Of a stretch of 64,000 nt of DNA, positions 1 to 13,064 are shown piece after piece. The notes beneath the pieces were generated by a model that was not told the DNA's origin, did no database searches, and was given only the letters and a program-made list of their open reading frames with translations. A program made the translations under genes and the position numbers. The DNA comes from Harriotta raleighana (Eukaryota), in contig JBNZDD010013718.1 of NCBI GenBank assembly GCA_050575255.1, positions 3,405,098 through 3,469,097 on the forward strand. The letters run 5' to 3'. Position 1 is the stretch's first letter. The number at the start of each line of letters is the position of its first letter.

Positions 1-479
1 TGAGTGCCTTGGGCAGGAGAGGGGTGGATCAAGGTATTTTTTCTCTCTTTTTGGGAGATCTTATCTCTGAAAAAATCCCTTTCTCAGAGATTTCAACACA
101 TTTTGGAAAGTCAGAGACAATGCAAACTGTACGTGTATTTTGCAATATTCAATAATTGAGGGCCTGTTCTTGATTCCTTGCATTATAGCTTTAGTTTGTC
201 TCTTTAATTTTTCTAATTTTCTTCCTCCTCTTCTGAAGGATTTTTATTACTCTATGTTTCTATTCAACAACTGTACCATAGCTGCCAAGCACTCCTCCAA
301 AACCTTATTAATTGATTCATGTGCAAGACATGATAATGTGAACCTGTGCTCATTCCACATTTAAACATGTTCATTGTGAGGTAATAGATCCAAGTACTTG
401 TATAGTGGTCAGTCAGGAAGCCTGTGTGGTTTTCCTCCTTTATGACTTAAGGGAAGCTGAGGTTTTAACTGTGAATCCT

Positions 480-562
480 TAACTGGGATCAGCTCTCTGA
501 GAGCAGACTGGGATTCAAACATGCAACCTCTGGTCTATGAGACTTGGAGCTGCACCAATTGG
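480..562 (-). mobile_element. Degraded ancient SINE-like fragment (tRNA-like head)
   Basis: Reverse complement resembles the GGTTC..CTGGTTTG.GCTGAGTT.GCTGATCTCAG segment seen on + at ~6135 and ~23600; heavily diverged. Confidence 0.35.
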
Positions 563-2940
563 GTAGTGCCATAACATTAATTGCTGCTTGTCAATTCAAT
601 GCTTGGATTTGCAATAGGTAAAAATAATGTGAGTAGCAGAAGTTTATTAAATAAACAAACAGTGCTTAATTGTATCATTTGCTGTTTTTTTTAGAAACCA
701 GATACAATATTGAAATTGCCTTCTCTGGGCACTTTAGCTATTTGCGCCTGTGTATTCCGAAAACATTTACTTAATAGGTGCCTTTGGGATACAATTAATA
801 AGATGGTTTGTGTTTGGTTTGCAAGATATTGATATTTCTATTCAGTCTTCTGACGTTTTCTTTGTCAGTAAATTAAGGAAAGGGAGGGCCCCACCAACTT
901 CCTACTGACTTGTGAATTTGATTCTGGCTGTATAATTTATGGCTGTTTGAAAATGTTTTCATTACAGTGAATAATCACGCATGTAAAATTGATAGATGTC
1001 AGAGAGCCTATTAAATTTATGTATATGTGGGTGGGGGGTGGGGGTCTGTGGAGGGCAAAGGGGGAATTTTCCTGATAATGTTCTCAAAGTGCTGGAAAAT
1101 GCAACATCAGTCCATTGAAGGTGTTTGGAAAGACTGTTCAAAAATCATTAGTTTGCTCATGAACATCAATGTCAAATGAGACCTATCAAGTAGACAGCCA
1201 AAAGACTGGCAGTACCATTGGAAGTGAAGTAGATGTTTTGGGTCTGTTGGTATTGCCTCTGTCACTGAGATAGTTTTCTTTTACTGGAATGTTTATTTAA
1301 CTGGATGCAACAGAAAAAGAGATTATTATTTCATCCTCTCCAGTGCTTATGCTTGTGATGGATTGAACAAAACAGGAGGAAACTGTGGCCACATTTTTAC
1401 TTCCTGACAATATGGTCTCAAAATCATTTGTATGGCAGTTGGCAACATTATTCAAGGCTGTTTCAGTAAATGACAAAATGGATCAAAGTGGAATGCTTTT
1501 CAAAATATTTTTAAAATTTTATACTCTCTGTATGTATGCCTGTGTGAATGTCTGTTGAAGCTTCCAGAATGCTACCCCATGCAAAGAACATCACATAAAT
1601 GCAAGTTGTGATTGTTGTTAAATTCGGATGTTTCAAAATAGAAGATTGCCTACATATAAATAACTAAATAAATGACAGCGAATATACCTTCAGAGAGGTA
1701 GATCCTATTTAGCCCTTTTATTGAGGACACAATTCTAAAGGCAAGAACACATCCAGATTTGGGTGGGTGGTGGTTTTGTAAAGTTACTATATAGAACATT
1801 CTTAATTTGATAAAATAATCCCAAATTAATACTTTCAGTTACACTAAAGGCAATAGGATAGAAGGTCCAAGATTCATGTTGAGAAGGGCATTTTTGGGGC
1901 CAACACCAGAGTACAGTGTAAGACATTTAGAGGTGATTGAAGTAATTCCAGAAATATGACAGCAAATGGGCCAATGGTTTTCTTAAACCAAACCTTTCTT
2001 ACAAATGCAATATAAAAGGTAGCCAATTGTTATCTGGTGCTAGTAATTACCAGTGGGAAGTGAGTAAATCTGCACAGTACACACGAGGTTGCTGTAACTT
2101 GCAAATCTTTTCTTGGAAGAAGATGAAAATGGGGCACATTCCAAAACTTGAAAATAAATTGGTGCTGTGCCTTCTTTAAATCCAAGATGTGTTATCTTCA
2201 CCTCATTAAATCATTTTGAATGAAAATATTACAGCAGCTGACTGGCAAAGTTATTTGCAAACTTGCACAAAATACCTAGAAATAATAAGCTGACAGTATA
2301 AGAAGCACTCTGAAAGCTGAAGAACAGTGAATGAAGCGCTGTGTAGTACAGTAGTTCTCATTTTAAATGTCATCTTATTATGTATATTGCAGAAAGCTGA
2401 CTTCTAGCTTTAACACTGGAGTTTGTGCATAAAAATGCTTTATTGTCAACACATCCAGCGATCCGGATTTTATTCAACTGCCAGTAATCTATCTTCCCAC
2501 ATTTGCCCTTTGTCTATTTTCTCTAGGATTTGTAATTTCGGAGTCGAAATGCATTATGCACAAAAAAAGAGAATTTGGGGGAAATAAAAGGGGTCAAATG
2601 AAGATAAGCTTTTCTGCATCCCATTCTCTCTTCTTTGCCAAAATGTCCCAGGAGAAAGCAGTGGGAAGGAAGGCACATCTGGAGAGACCTAAAAACCAAC
2701 TTTATTGGCAGAGTATGCTACAGGGATTTAAATGCATCTTTTTTTTCTAGCTGTATGACCCGAGTTACTGCAGTTATCCTGCAGCTGGTTAGAAAGCCAA
2801 AGTGGTGTCCCCAGTGCGTTGCCATTTCATCAGTACCAGTACATTGCTTTCTAGGTCTCTCCATAATGACCCCTACTGAACTAGCACTGGCAGAACATTC
2901 TTTCTGACTAGAGTGAAAGGCTATAGAGGGTGGTCAAGTA

Positions 2941-3258
2941 ATAATAATAAGCAATAATAATCCTTGCATTTAATATAGCTCTTTTCATGTCTTCTAGACG
3001 TCTCAAAGCACTTCACGGAATATACTGTAGAGTGAATTGACTGTAAATGTCTGGACGAAATGCAGCAGCCAATTGTGTACAGCATTGTCCCACAAACAGT
3101 TGTGGATTGAAGTGACCAAATTATTATTGGGTTTTTAAGTGAGTATTATCAGGCATGTGGAGAAAGGAAACTTGCCCAAGGTTTCACTCTATCAGGAATT
3201 GAACCAGGTCTCTTGTTTATGAGGCGAGTGCTCTATCCACTGAGCTACAGGACTCCAC
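2941..3258 (-). mobile_element. Full-length tRNA-derived Deu-domain SINE (young family)
   Basis: Minus strand starts GTGGAGTCCTGTAGCTCAGTGG (A box) ... GGTTCAATTCC (B box), has the Deu-like core TGTGGGACA..GCTGT...CAATTGGCTGCTGC and an L2-like tail ending (ATT)n; matches copies at 14695 and 38857. Confidence 0.9.
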
Positions 3259-3459
3259 AAAAAATTATAGTCACAAACATCGAGTCGCAATGAATTCCTT
3301 GAGTTTTGGTTTCCTTGTCTGTCCAGCACCATAAAAGGAATGCTAATCAGCAACCCATCTAATTGGATTAAGAGGAGCTCAGAAGGAGGAACTCATAATT
3401 TATAATAAGAACATCTTCCAAGATTCTCGAATAACTCATGATGAAGTCCTGAGTCATGC

Positions 3460-3566
3460 AAACCAGAGATTAGGTTCAATCCCTGGTTTTGAGCAAGAAG
3501 AACAGTGGTGGGGCCACTACAATTAGTCTCAGTCTTCTGAAATCTAGGGAAAGACAACTATCAGCT
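3460..3566 (+). mobile_element. Degraded ancient SINE fragment
   Basis: GGTTCAATCCCTGGTTTTGAGC...CTACAATTAGTCTCAGT...CTAGGG..ATCAGC, colinear with 6135-6240. Confidence 0.45.
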
Positions 3567-6129
3567 AACTGTTTAACAAATTCTATGGCTGTGTATACAG
3601 GTGTGTGAGTGTGGACATCAGCGGTAAATATGTAAACCAAAGATTACATTTGACAGTTATTGGTTGAATAGCTTTCTGATGTTCAAGGTACAATCTCATG
3701 TGAATACTATACACTACAACACACTGTGTGTGCACAGAATAGAGCATGTTGCTTGATTTCATGCACGCCCAGTGTAAACATCTTTTTAAGAAAACAAAGC
3801 AAGCCCTATTTCTCTTCACTTCCATCCAATTAGTATTGTACAGTTTTCCTTGAAACAATTATTATTCCTATTCTCTTCTATTTTGAAGTTGTCAAATTTA
3901 TTGTTTATTGCATAAATTACAACAACTTACATTCATATAGCCACATTTATATAGTGTCCATCATGCACAATAGTGTCTTTGAGTGCTGGAAGTTAGCATT
4001 GGAACCTACCTGCACACCAACTCTATGTGTTATAAGTCCTCAACATGGCCTATGACTGGCCTGGGCCTTTGGGCTTGGCTAGGCTCAGAGTTATTTAAGC
4101 ATATACACGTTGAAGAAATTCAATATCTAAGAGTGCAAAGCATTTGCCTCATTAGCAACACTACATTCCAAGGTAATAGTTAAGATGCTGCAGTAGAACT
4201 ACTATATCACATGACATTACATCACTACTGTACATTCTCTGAATAACAAAACAGGACTGTGATTAACGCTAGTTTGATTTGGAGATCTGCATTTGCACTG
4301 TTGAGAATGGGGAATCACATTTGGTGTGTTGTTTAATGAGACTCTTTAATCAGGAATCCAAATTACGCAAATGGAAACTCTTTCTGTCAACCAGACTTGC
4401 GCCTTGGGAACTCTGTGGCTACATGATTCTCTTCCAGAATAAATATTCCCACAGGTCGACGGGAATTCTAACTGGATTCCTAATTTAGAAATCCTGTTTA
4501 AGGCCTGAGAGTTAGAGCACACTCAAAAGAACTTATTTGGTTATTTAACAATATAAGAATTGTAGATTTATCCTGGAGAGAGGCTTGTGTTATTTGAAAA
4601 CTGATGCTGACATCTTCTTGGGGAGTACTGTGCACAAGTTCTGGTACTTGGAACAAACCAGACTTCGCAACAATTTTAGTTTTCCATCAGCAAGAGAATG
4701 TGTTGCAGCAGATATTGGATTTGGTATTTCATGATCTTTCCTCCCTCCCCCCCCCCCAGTATGTTTTTCCAGAAAAATGGTTTCAATCTTGTGTTTGATT
4801 TTCAAATACATCCACAAAACAGTTCCTGGCAAACTGAGAAGCATGTACAGTACTCAGAAAGTAACCAACGCCCCTTTAACTTGACTGGAATCTGGAAGGG
4901 GTGTGGAGCTGGTGCATTTTGTTTCATGATTTTTACTATTGTTAACAAAGTTATCTTCTCTTCTGAACTTCCACCAGAAAAGTTGACTTTATCTTTTTTT
5001 TATTGTTTTTCTCTGACCACAACTAGTTGGTAAAATTAAGGTTCTTAATGATGATTTGCAGCTGATGTTGGTGCTTTGAGGTCAGTCACATCTGTGCATT
5101 TCAGTCGCATTCGTTCCTGGAACACAGCCTGATTAGTGTAATTACATTCCTGAGCTACTATTTTAACCACATACGAGGCTAAAGTTCACCCCGTTGTTTG
5201 TTAACTAATGTGAGACTTCACCAAAGCTTGAAATAATCACTGAATTGAATTACTAATCTTTGTTTGACTGAGAGAGAAAAACAACCCAGGGAAATTTCCC
5301 CAGCAGCCTGCAACCCACACTGTAGCCAACAAATAGATAGCAATTGAAGGCATTTGGGTTCTCTATGCAAAACCACAACTTTCCAGATCCAATTACAAGG
5401 GCATTTAACTTAATTCCAACAACATACCAGGGGCAACTTGCACAACCCAGAGAAGAGTATTTTTCATCTTAATTTAGAATTTAGAAAAAAACTCTTTGCA
5501 GTACCATCAGAGCTCAAAATTCCTCAAAGATGAAATACTATTTTTAACAAATGTGTAATATTAACTGAATTCTTAAGGGTTTTTCCCCTTCATTTTTAAC
5601 CGGATCAATGCACCATTCCATTTCAGTGGAGGAAAGGGGCTAAAACACTAGGTAAAAGACATTACTGAAATTCTCTCCTCACTGACTTGAATTGGTGACG
5701 TTTAACTATCAGAGTAAACTGGGCTGTAGAGAAGATATTCCAAAATGATTATTACATCTCCAATAGTTTGAAGAGGTGTTCCACATTACTATTAAACTTT
5801 CAGGAACACTAAGTTCCTGAACGAGGCAAGAATAGCCTGACCACTAAAATATATTTACACTGCATCAGATGTCATGTCAACGGCAGTACAAACTTTTGCA
5901 CTTTACTCTCTCTAGTTTAGCATTAAGTTTTGCAGGTTTCTTTGAACAAACGTGATTTGTGAATGAAATTATATTATACCATTGCCACTTACTAATCCTT
6001 TCTAGCGGCCCATCTGTATTCTTTTACATATAGTCTTAGGGTACCTCAAAATACAGTCTTACTTTAAAAAATCCTTATATTTGAAAGGCGTTAGTAACGG
6101 CACAAGTTTGGTTTACCACAAAGTTGCAG

Positions 6130-6410
6130 AGAGCAAAAGGTCACAGGTTTTGATTTCTGGTTTGAGCTGAGTTAACAGGTGGAACAGTGCAATTGGCCAC
6201 AGTGCCTCTTGACTAAATAGAGGGATATCAGCGACCATTCTCCCTTCTGACCATTATCCATTAACCTCTTCTGAAATGTTTATTGGTTATTGGATAAGGA
6301 CAGGACCAATCTGAGCTCTGATATCCTCACTGGTCAAAGAGACTCTTCACAGTTTCTACCCAGGCCAATTTACTGATACTTGGTTCAAGTGAAGTATCAA
6401 AGGACAGGTA
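6130..6410 (+). mobile_element. Degraded ancient SINE (same family as 3460 and 23595)
   Basis: AGGTCACAGGTTTTGATTTCTGGTTTGAGCTGAGTT...CAATTGGCCACAGTGCC...ATCAGC; colinear similarity to other copies in the window. Confidence 0.5.
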
Positions 6411-6589
6411 GAATTAGTGAAAACAAAACCCTAGCAAATACAATAAACTGATGAACATTTTTCCAATGAGAAAGTTATCAAACCCAATCATTAATGAACA
6501 CTGACCATCATTACTTTAGACTATTATTTGTTACAACACAAGGACTTATTTATAGTTGAGCTTTGCCTCGGTTCTAGAAAGGATGATAC

Positions 6590-6598
<9 letters not shown>

Positions 6599-6622
<24 letters not shown>
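6599..6622. repeat. (GT)n microsatellite
   Basis: Directly visible run of about 11 GT units. Confidence 0.95.
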
Positions 6623-8095
6623 ATGCAGGGGGTGGGAGGGGGGAGAGAGCAGGAAGAGAATGTGGCTAAATAGAGGCCTTGGAAGGGTGCACTTTGAGAA
6701 TGTCTCCCTGCTGTCTATGTTCGTACATCACACAAAGTAAGTTATGAATACCAGAAGAGGTGCAGGAAAGTCAATCGCTCAGCACATGGACTCCTGCCAG
6801 CCTAATGTGCCGTGCCTTTAAATACGTTTAACTGTCATTGAGCAATATTTCAAGTGCAGACGTGAACATTGAGCAAAGGAAATTTCTCAGTATTCCAGAG
6901 TTACGTCAGCAATGACATTGCAATACAATTTCTATGGTCATTTATGTAGTTCCTTTTGGCAATGGGTTTAGCTCTCCTTGTGAGATTGAATTTACATCTC
7001 ATATGTGACAGGGATCTGTTTGTTGAACACAAGCATTATGGGATTTGAACAGAATTCCTCCTCTCACTCGCAGACCATGACTCATTCAGTTGAAGAGCAA
7101 ATTTTTAATCCATACGTCTGTACAGTACAGGCTGGCATTCCTCCAGAATGTGATCGACCCTGCCCTGCCACGTCCAAAATATGACACTGAGAGCATTCAA
7201 CGCTTCCATACTCCTGCCAGTGACAGATACAGTAGATTAAGTATTCTTGATGTTAAGTAATGAAATGTTGAGCATGGTAAATTAAACTTATTTCTTACTC
7301 TGATGATGGTTGCTTCGTATAATTAATTATAGGTACGTCAAATAATTTTTATTCCTTATGTGACCTCCGATTTTCACTTAACCCCCCGAATGCTAGATAT
7401 TTTGGTATCTATCCAATGGCACTATACATTTCAAAGCAAATCGCTTGCAGAAGTCATTAAAATGAAGAATGTGCCAACAAAGAATGAGAATACGTTTTGA
7501 ACTTCAGGATTTTTTTCCAATGAAAAATTGGAAATCTAACCAAGCTAAAAGCCATCGATAGATATGTTGTGAAGTTTCTTAGTTGAGCCAATTTAAATCT
7601 GATATAAATTATACTGGGAAGAATCTGATAAATATTAATGCAGTTAATATTATGATATCACTAACTGAATGAGCAGATGATATGTTTTCTTAGAAATAGT
7701 AATTCCTACATATTGAGAGGAAACATAAGTCCTAGATATTTGTAGCTTGAACAGTTTTTTAATATTTATTTTTGGGCACAAACATTTCTAACCTCTAAAT
7801 ATTGCTGTGGTACATCATGATATAAACCAATGAGTTGTGAAAGCTTGCTTATGTTTCCCAGTCAGCTGTGTGAAGCAATTTGAGACACCCCCTGACCTGA
7901 AAGGAGTTACATAAATATGATTTGATTTTGCTGTTTGTTTCACTGAATGTTGAAGATGAGGGATAGATCGCTTGCAACAGAATTTACTATCAATATTTTT
8001 ACTGTTAAAGGTAATAACTAATCAAAATAATCTTTGCATTTGATACAGCCTTCATCAATTCAGGAGGATGGCTCCTTGCACTTCATGGAATTACT

Positions 8096-8388
8096 GTGGA
8101 ATCCTGTAGAGACCTGGGTTCAATTCCAAGTGAGAAACCTGCATTCAATTCCAGTCAAGGTGAAATCTTGGGCAAGTTTCCTTACTCCAGACCCCTAATA
8201 ATAATCCCTCAAATAAAACAATAATAAATTGGTCATTTCAATGCACGACTGTTTATGGGACACTGCTATGCGCAATTGGCTGCTGAGATTCGCCCTTATA
8301 TACACAGTCAATTCACTTTACAATAGAATCTGTGAAGTGCTTTGAGACGTCCAGAAGATGTGAAAAGCGCTATATCAAATTTATTATT
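8096..8388 (+). mobile_element. Young tRNA/Deu SINE with rearranged head, nested in an older minus-strand SINE
   Basis: GTGGAATCCTGTAG head with internal deletion and duplicated B-box region, Deu core, tail GCGCTATATCAAAT(TTA)n; TTACTGTG repeated at 8091-8098 and 8389-8396 (TSD). Confidence 0.85.
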
Positions 8389-10699
8389 TTACTGTGAAGT
8401 TCCGTGACTGTACATTTGGGGGCATGATTCATTAAATGCAAGGATTATCATTATTATAAGCCTTTCACACAGTTTCCCAACTATCCTGTAGTTAAATTCC
8501 TTTGCTAGAAATAGAGGGGAAGTTGCACCAATCATCAGTGTTTGTTTTATTGGGAGTAGCAGAGCACAGTAATAACAAAATTGATATTGTATCAAATACC
8601 AAGGTCCCAGTTGAACTGCCTTACATCTGAAGATAACAATACACTTATGTTATAACGACAACAACAAAATTGCACACGCCTTTCACGTCGGGAGAACGTC
8701 CTAAAATAAGAGGACTTATTAATACAATTGTATTACTAGCAGCTTAATGTAAAAAAAAACTGGTGTTTATGGCATAAGAAGCAGTCGTGTCTATGGGCTC
8801 TTCATTTATAAACTGCTTAATCCATGTGAGCAATGCTTGAGTATTTTAAGGACACTTTTTAAACCATTCATTTTAGTCCAGTGCAGGGCAGACTCTCAAG
8901 GTGGCAATATTTTTTCTATGCAAAGCATCTAATCAATGGTAGGTCAGGCTCAACACCTATAAAATATCAGCCTAATCTTTAGTCAGTCGTCTTTGAATCA
9001 TACTTTAGATCAGTAGTCAGTAGGCATCTATTGTAAATTGACCTGATTGGCTATTCAATAGCTGAACTTGAACTTGCTTCTTCCTCCATAGCATTCAATT
9101 AGACAGTGAAATATTGTGTCAAATGTATACCATAAAAGGATTCAGCTGATTATTCTGGCACATTCAGTGGTGCTGTATTATTTGAAACGATTCACGCGTA
9201 CGAGTAGCAATATCTGGCAATAGCAACATTAAATTGGACTTTTCATCATTCAAAGCCTTATACGATTTAAATGCACCCAATATAGCTAACAGGCCCTTGT
9301 ATAAAGAGGTGTGTCTTGGTTATAACTGTCAGTATTTTTATATTATAGTACAATTACCAGATTACCTTGAACTTTCTGACATGCTGTAATATATAACAGC
9401 AAAGGAGATTTGGCTTTGACTGTTATGTTGCAAAGCTGCGCCTTTATATCAAAGGGAGTCTAACCTAGAAGATGAGGTGGAGAGCATTTATAGTCTAATG
9501 CACTGATGTTTAAGCACAGATAATTCTGTACAAACCAACTCTTCTTTGCCTCCTTGTTTATCTTTTTCTGCTCACTATATACCTAATACTTTATCAATGA
9601 AAGGGGATATTCAGTCCTTTTAATTTTCTACAGGGAACAACGGAGTATCTTGATGCAGTGTTACATTAGCTCACAAAGCACACAGAAACTTTTAGAAGCT
9701 GAAACAAAGGCATCCACCTATGGTTACACTTTACATGGTGGATGTGATTCCTTAAAATGATCATTTTGAAACCAGACGGGTTTATTCAGGACACGCTACA
9801 ACCCAAACGAAAGCCAAAGACAGCAACTTTAAACAGCGGGGGATGAGTCACACATGGGCTCTCTAATCTGAACTAAAGGCAAATAATTCAAGCTTGTAAC
9901 CTGGGAAAAATGTGTGCATTTCAAAGGATCTTGCTCTCTATTGTTAGTGTCCTGAGCACTGAGCCTAGCTTTTAACATCATAATGAAGGATGTTCCCTGA
10001 TGGATTATCTGGAGATAGGATTAATTCCTTCACAGCTTCTCCGGAGGCCAGGCATTTCAGTCTTGAGTACACAAGAAATGGCGTTGCTAGCATTTTATCT
10101 CATTTTCAAACCCTGGTGTGAATCAAATTCCTCTCCGTGGATTTCTATTTAGAAGCAAAATGCCAATCCAGCTATGAGTTGAAGGATCACTGAGTCTGAG
10201 CCATGATTTCAAACAGTCAAATTGGATGATTTGAGTCTCCGTAAGACTCAAATTTTCTCTGAAAATGTCCAAACGCACAAATTTGGTTTTTTTTTGACAG
10301 GGGAAAGAGTTGTCAGGGGATGGGGTGGTGGGGGAGGGGAAAAGTATGCCTGACTGAGTTAAAATGTTCTTCAATCAGGTAGGACCGTTGTCTATGAAGT
10401 GTATAACTAGTCCTACAGGAATTTAATGGGCTATTTCATCCAACATTTTGTTCCCTTTCGTTCGTGTGTCAACACGATGGGGCTTTATAAAATGTAAGAT
10501 TTCTCTCCCCTCCAGACGAGTGTTTCTTTGCCAGGTATGAGGTTTGTAATCTTACCACAGTTGTGCAATGTTTAACTTGTATCAGTTGATGAATTGAGAA
10601 ATGAAGCACTGTTGCAGTATCTTACAAATTTAGAGAGACAATCCAGATTGAACATCATTACTAAGATCAGATAAGTGCTGCACACTTTACTTTTCGATC

Positions 10700-10810
10700 A
10701 TGCCTACAGTCACCTCCCCCATCTCCTTCTGCTTGGCGTTAAATCACACCATTGTTCATCGCACCAAAATACTACCCTCTGTGAGGGGCGCTATATAAAT
10801 GCATATTGTC
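10700..10810 (+). mobile_element. L2-type LINE/SINE 3' end fragment
   Basis: Ends GAGGGGCGCTATATAAATGCA, the L2-type terminal motif seen repeatedly in the window. Confidence 0.6.
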
Positions 10811-10910
10811 TCTTAACAGCCTCAAGACTGTTTTGTAACTTGCATCTGAGGCTTCTGAAACATCTATTGTTGAAGATTCTCTGGTGCTGAACTAGATATA
10901 TGGAGTAAAG

Positions 10911-10965
10911 AACAGCAACAAACAAAGATTACATTTATAGAGCGCATTTCACGTCGGGAGGAAGT
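10911..10965 (-). mobile_element. L2-type 3' tail fragment
   Basis: CAA-rich run then TTACATTTATAGAGCGCATTTCACGTCGGGAGGA, the reverse of the L2 tail; similar at 8655-8702 and 20220-20300. Confidence 0.6.
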
Positions 10966-12369
10966 TTTGCCTTTCACTTTGGGGGGAGCATCAAAACTGT
11001 TGCTCTAACCTAATTTCTACAGCTATTGTCACAGCTTTTGCAAGGTCTGTTGGCATTGTTACCAGCACGAGTGGCATCCCACCATGTTACCAGGACACTA
11101 ACCACAATGGCTGACACTATAGGCTACTCCACAGCTGTCACCCCCAACGTCACCCATGTTGTCCGTGTCGACCCCCAATTGCTGCATCATTCCATCTGTT
11201 CGAATTGTTGGGCAGTTGGAATTTACTTCAATTCATGAGTTTATAAGAAAAGAAATAACCTCCATTCTCTTAAAGCATTTCACAATGTACCTTGGTCATG
11301 ACCTCAAAGCAGTCGTCATACATTTAAAGCAAATTATTAGTTGAGCAGACACAAAGCTAATTTGTGAGCAAGTACATCAATAGAACAAACACCTGAGCCA
11401 TTGCTCGTCTGATTAAACTTGATTAATCAACTGTAAATTCACAAGAGAGAAAAACAAAATCATGCATTTAGTGTAGTGAAGAATGTCATTGCTATTATGT
11501 TATGAACTCACCACCACATAACCTCCAAGCCTACTGATATATCTGTTAGGATATAGGTTCCATCACAATCAATCAATTTCTGTCACCTCTGGATTTGTTT
11601 GCATATGTTGCAATGCATGCCTTGTACGTCACAGCAATGGTTCCATTAATTTGCCTTGCTTTTACTGACTTGTGAGCAGAGGGTAACCCAGCTTTGTCAA
11701 TGCACGTCACAGCCTCTGACAAAAACTCTTTTGAGGTTGAGAAAGTGAAGTCGCGTGGAATCTGTTATGATATATCACAAATTTCGCCCCACCCCACCTA
11801 AGTGAAAAATTCTGTGTTATATCACCCCAATTGGATAAGTTTAAGTGTCGTCATTTTTCTCTCTCCTACTCCACATTCTTAAAGACAATGGAGATGCACA
11901 ATTGGGATCAAGCATGTAACTAATCACTGTTGCAAGCTCAGCAATCTCACTTTATGCCAATGTTGCATGTGTGCTCGCCCTCCAACGCCTGCCAGAGAAA
12001 GTATCCAACGCTCTCACCACAATAACAAGTCGACAGATTGTTGTAGAGAAAACTGACAGGGCATCCTGTAGCGTATTGTTGAAAGTAATCTGCATCCATA
12101 TCTGACAAGCTGCATCCACAAACCAAAAACACTGCTGAGAGCTGGCAGTAAAATGCCTTATGTCTGTGAATCTCACCAGTCACCTCTTGTTGTATCTACC
12201 TATTTTTCAGTTAATTGTACTTCCCCTGAGTCACTGTATTGCAACAGTTGTGCTGAACCAATGAATATGCACAAAAAGTTTAGACCGCACCATTTGCATG
12301 ACAGGATGAATTGCTTCAATATTAGTTATTAGGAGACATTTCAGGAATTTACCTGTAATACAATATGAG

Positions 12370-12972
12370 TTGTTAGCCCTCGTCGATCGTGGGGGTTACG
12401 TTCCTGGAAAACTTCGCACTCAACAAAATCACGTTGGAGAAGCTTACGAAATAATGGAAAAAGGGGGTTTAGGGGAATCCAGTTTCAGGCTACCCACCTC
12501 AAGCTCCAGAAAGCCGCTCAGGGGTGGGGGGGAGAGCTGCTTGGTGGCCGGGGGCAGGCCGGGGTGGGGGGGAACCGCCTGGGGGCCGGGGGCGGGCGGG
12601 GGGGGGCCAGGGGGTGAGGAGCTCGGGCTCTGTAGGAGACTGTCTCTTGCTCTATCTCCTGTTTACCATGCAATACATCAGCCCAAACAGTTATCTAAAC
12701 CTTACCCAAGAATGCATTGTGCTTGCCAGCCAAGGAATCATCGACTTTAGTCGGGATCTGCCGGCCTCATCAAAAGTGCGCATTTGAACGGTACCAGCCA
12801 GCCGAGGAATCATCGGACTTAGTCGGCGGCTGTCGGCGAACTCACACGTGCGCATGCGAGCGGGGGTGTATACACAAATTTTACGCGTGCTGCACAAAAA
12901 CATGATGCTTTTGTTTTGTCGCATGTACTTGAATTCGCAATCAATAAAGTCGCCATCGATGAGGGTTAACTG
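12370..12972. mobile_element. Non-autonomous pogo/Tigger-type DNA transposon (MITE)
   Basis: Left end GTTAGCCCTCGTCGATCGTGGGGGTTACGTTCC; right end CGCCATCGATGAGGGTTAACTG (reverse complement CAGTTAACCCTCATCGATGGCG), an imperfect TIR; CpG-rich interior, no transposase. Confidence 0.75.
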
Positions 12973-13064
12973 AACTTAGGGAGCCAATGGTAACTTTTTT
13001 GAAATGGCAAAGAATGTGAAAATCCTTCATCTTTATCATTATTTTGATACCTGTTTAGAAGGAA

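Noticed and set aside
11024-11238. 70-aa ORF after an acceptor-like TTTCTACAG
   Set aside because: No donor, no recognisable peptide, and the length is within chance expectation.
11947-12183. Two overlapping minus-strand ORFs with a donor-like GTGAGA near 11950
   Set aside because: No polypyrimidine acceptor upstream and no recognisable protein motif; may be constrained non-coding DNA but this is unsupported.
12370-12750. 126-aa Gly-rich ORF
   Set aside because: By-product of the G-rich MITE interior; no transposase motifs.
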